From: Saprolegnia diclina VS20
Lineage: Eukaryota
Length of the DNA: 64,000 nt
Assembly (NCBI RefSeq): GCF_000281045.1
Contig: NW_008246068.1
Span: 394,859 to 458,858 of the forward strand
Direction of reading: 5' to 3'
Under the pieces are notes generated by a model, which was not told the DNA's origin, did not search any database, and saw only the letters and a list, made by a program, of their open reading frames with translations. Shown piece after piece: positions 61,936 through 64,000 of the stretch; position 1 is the stretch's first letter; each line of letters begins with the position of its first letter. A program made the translations under genes and the position numbers.

Positions 61936-62601
61936 GTAGGTACGGTGCATAAAGTACAGGTAGCTCGTGCCGCAGGTTCCGAGTGTCCATGGATGCCAGT
62001 CCGAGAGGTCCGAGAGGCTGCGATGGCGCCAAGCAGCGTCTTCGTGCGAAGTTGAAGCCAGGGCGCCGCCAAACCGGTCGACCAGTATATCAGTGCGATC
62101 CTAGCATTGCAACCGAGACGCCCAACACCTCGCGACCATCTCGCCCCACGAGTTCGCACCGCGGGTCAACGCCGGACCAAGCGTGCGACACCGCCAGCTG
62201 GCGATCATGTTCTTGTGGCGGCCACATCCTGACAGTCGCGTATAATATGCTAGAGGTTGGCTGCTGGTATATACTTTCTAGAGTCTCTGAGTACCTCTCT
62301 TTTCTAATATTTGACGGGCCTTGGCTAAAAAAAGAGCGCTGGATTTTAATGTCGCATTTTTTTCTTTTCACCAAACTGCATACATTTTGCGAGTCAGAAT
62401 TGCATTCGAAAAATAATCTCGGAATAGAATGGCCGCGACAGCGTGGCCAGTTGGATTTAAATTAAGCAGCTGGGCGCGATTACCAAACCGATTCTCTGGC
62501 GCTAAAATGGAGTCCCAGTTCCGCTTTCGCTTCATCGAGCCAAAGCAACCTCCGCGCAAGCGACCTCCCTGAACACCACCACCACCAGCACCACCACCAG
62601 C

Positions 62602-62850
62602 ATGAGTGACTCTGATGTCGAAACGAGCGTCCATGGCGGCGTCTACCACCGCGGCAACTTTGAGTACAACGGCGAAGGCATGATCATCGGCTTTGCCACC
62701 GAGCGCAAGGACAGCTCCGACCTGAGCCCGACCTGTGGCAAGCGCAAGCTCCGGTGTGGCAACTGCGGCTGCAGGACACACAAGACGGTCGACTGCGCGT
62801 TCCTCACCGACTCGGAAAAGTCGTCCAGCGACGACGCGCCGCTCGAGTGA
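62602..62850 (+). CDS. Small ORF with CCHC zinc knuckle
   Basis: CGNCGCRTHKTVDC matches CX2CX4HX4C; strong C/G third-position bias within a non-coding-looking region. Confidence 0.55.
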   Translation: MSDSDVETSVHGGVYHRGNFEYNGEGMIIGFATERKDSSDLSPTCGKRKLRCGNCGCRTHKTVDCAFLTDSEKSSSDDAPLE

Positions 62851-63611
62851 ACCGGCCACGCCTAACTTATAGCTACTTTAACTTTATTACCTACTTCTCC
62901 TGTACTTTTGCAGCGTGTTTGCCTCTTGGCCGTGGAGATCGTCGGCGTCAGCATACTGTAGTGTCCGGCGCGAACAGATCTTATTCCTACTGGTACGTAG
63001 GAGGCGGGGTGCTCGGTGACCACCGAGTCTGCCGTTCAAGAGCCTCCGGTATCCGGTCGTGTTTTTGTCGCTGGGTCGAGGGTGCTGCAGACGTGGCGAC
63101 CGGTCCTGGATGATTGACACGTCATCTCCATCAACCTGACGACGATGTACTCTTCGGACCTTGCCGCTCCATCCAGCGGCGCCTTGTTTATCTAACGACG
63201 GCATGGTGTTTGAGAAAAGATGGGAACGAGGAACACGAATGAACGGTGCGCGATTTCCGCTGAAGCTAGTCGGGTGGTTTGCGAGCCGCGCCTCTACTAG
63301 CTTACTAGAAGAGGACATTTTATTTGTCCGTCGATGCAGCATGGGAAGGCGTCCCGTTCGAAGCCGCGAGCTACAGTGTTCAAAGAAACGAGGTCGGTGT
63401 TGACGACACGTTGCAAAATCTGAAATTCCGAAATTCTAGAAGCGCGCCGTACCACGTGGCGTCGGATCGCACACGTCTCTGCGGCCAGATTTCGATCAAA
63501 GAGTACAGAATTAGTCCATTGTTGGTCTGAGCTAACCATCTTCTATGGACGCGTCGCCAAGAAATGTGAAAGCGACGCGCTGGGTTCGACTCCAGCCAGC
63601 GCGTGCACCAG

Positions 63612-63895
63612 CGGCGCGCCCATCAAATTCATATGACGACGTTCATTGGTCAGCTAACTTGACATGAAGCNNNNNNNNNNNNNNNNNNNNNNNNNNNNNN
63701 NNNNNNNNNNNNNNNNNNNNNNNNNNNNNNNNNNNNNNNNNNNNNNNNNNNNNNNNNNNNNNNNNNNNNNNNNNNNNNNNNNNNNNNNNNNNNNNNNNNN
63801 NNNNNNNNNNNNNNNNNNNNNNNNNNNNNNNNNNNNCGGCGCGCCCATCAAATTCATATGACGACGTTCATTGGTCAGCTAACTTGACATGAAGC
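63612..63895. other. Assembly gap (N at 63671-63836) flanked by an identical 59-bp direct repeat
   Basis: cggcgcgcccatcaaattcatatgacgacgttcattggtcagctaacttgacatgaagc occurs at 63612-63670 and 63837-63895. Confidence 0.9.
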
Positions 63896-64000
63896 TACAT
63901 GATTGGTGCAAATACCGGAATGTCGGTCGTTCATTCACACCCAACCTCCTCGAGCTCTCCACGGCGTCCAAAGCTGCTCCGCAAGGCCACTTGGCACTGC

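Noticed and set aside
63500..63610. Functional tRNA or tmRNA gene
   Set aside because: No matching acceptor stem, D-arm or anticodon arm could be built; kept only as a low-interest finding.
63612..63895. 59-bp direct repeat as a biological LTR or target-site duplication
   Set aside because: The copies abut the N-gap exactly on both sides, typical of overlapping contig ends in scaffolding.

Overview
Gene-dense eukaryotic DNA, about 60% GC by eye, with very short GT-AG introns (mostly 40-55 nt) and short intergenic spacers. The flagellar DRC10 gene and overall gene style suggest an oomycete such as a Saprolegniales water mould (inference). About 18 protein-coding genes can be supported: a partial coiled-coil gene, CAMK-type kinase, UPRT with an N-terminal HTH-like extension, TTC1-like TPR protein, DRC10/IQCD, F-box, coiled-coil+WD40, CDT2/DTL, cathepsin L-like protease, HINT, FAM210-like, FAHD1-like, an IQ protein and small zinc-finger ORFs. 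One 39-kb gene (7207-46189) dominates: ten frame-consistent introns join it into a 12,841-aa surface protein with signal peptide, 2 LamG domains, roughly 60 IPT/TIG repeats, Cys-rich repeats, about 10-11 TM helices and a cytosolic tail. Its most striking feature is three large inserts (about 1600, 550 and 1330 aa), each placed in the same loop of a split IPT domain. In each, short 'EVQ' strands and 'GGTF...WxVTF' domain bodies balance like nested parentheses (14/14, 5/5, 12/12). This suggests a single polypeptide folding into a branched, tree-shaped structure. All annotation is by eye; no database searches were run.
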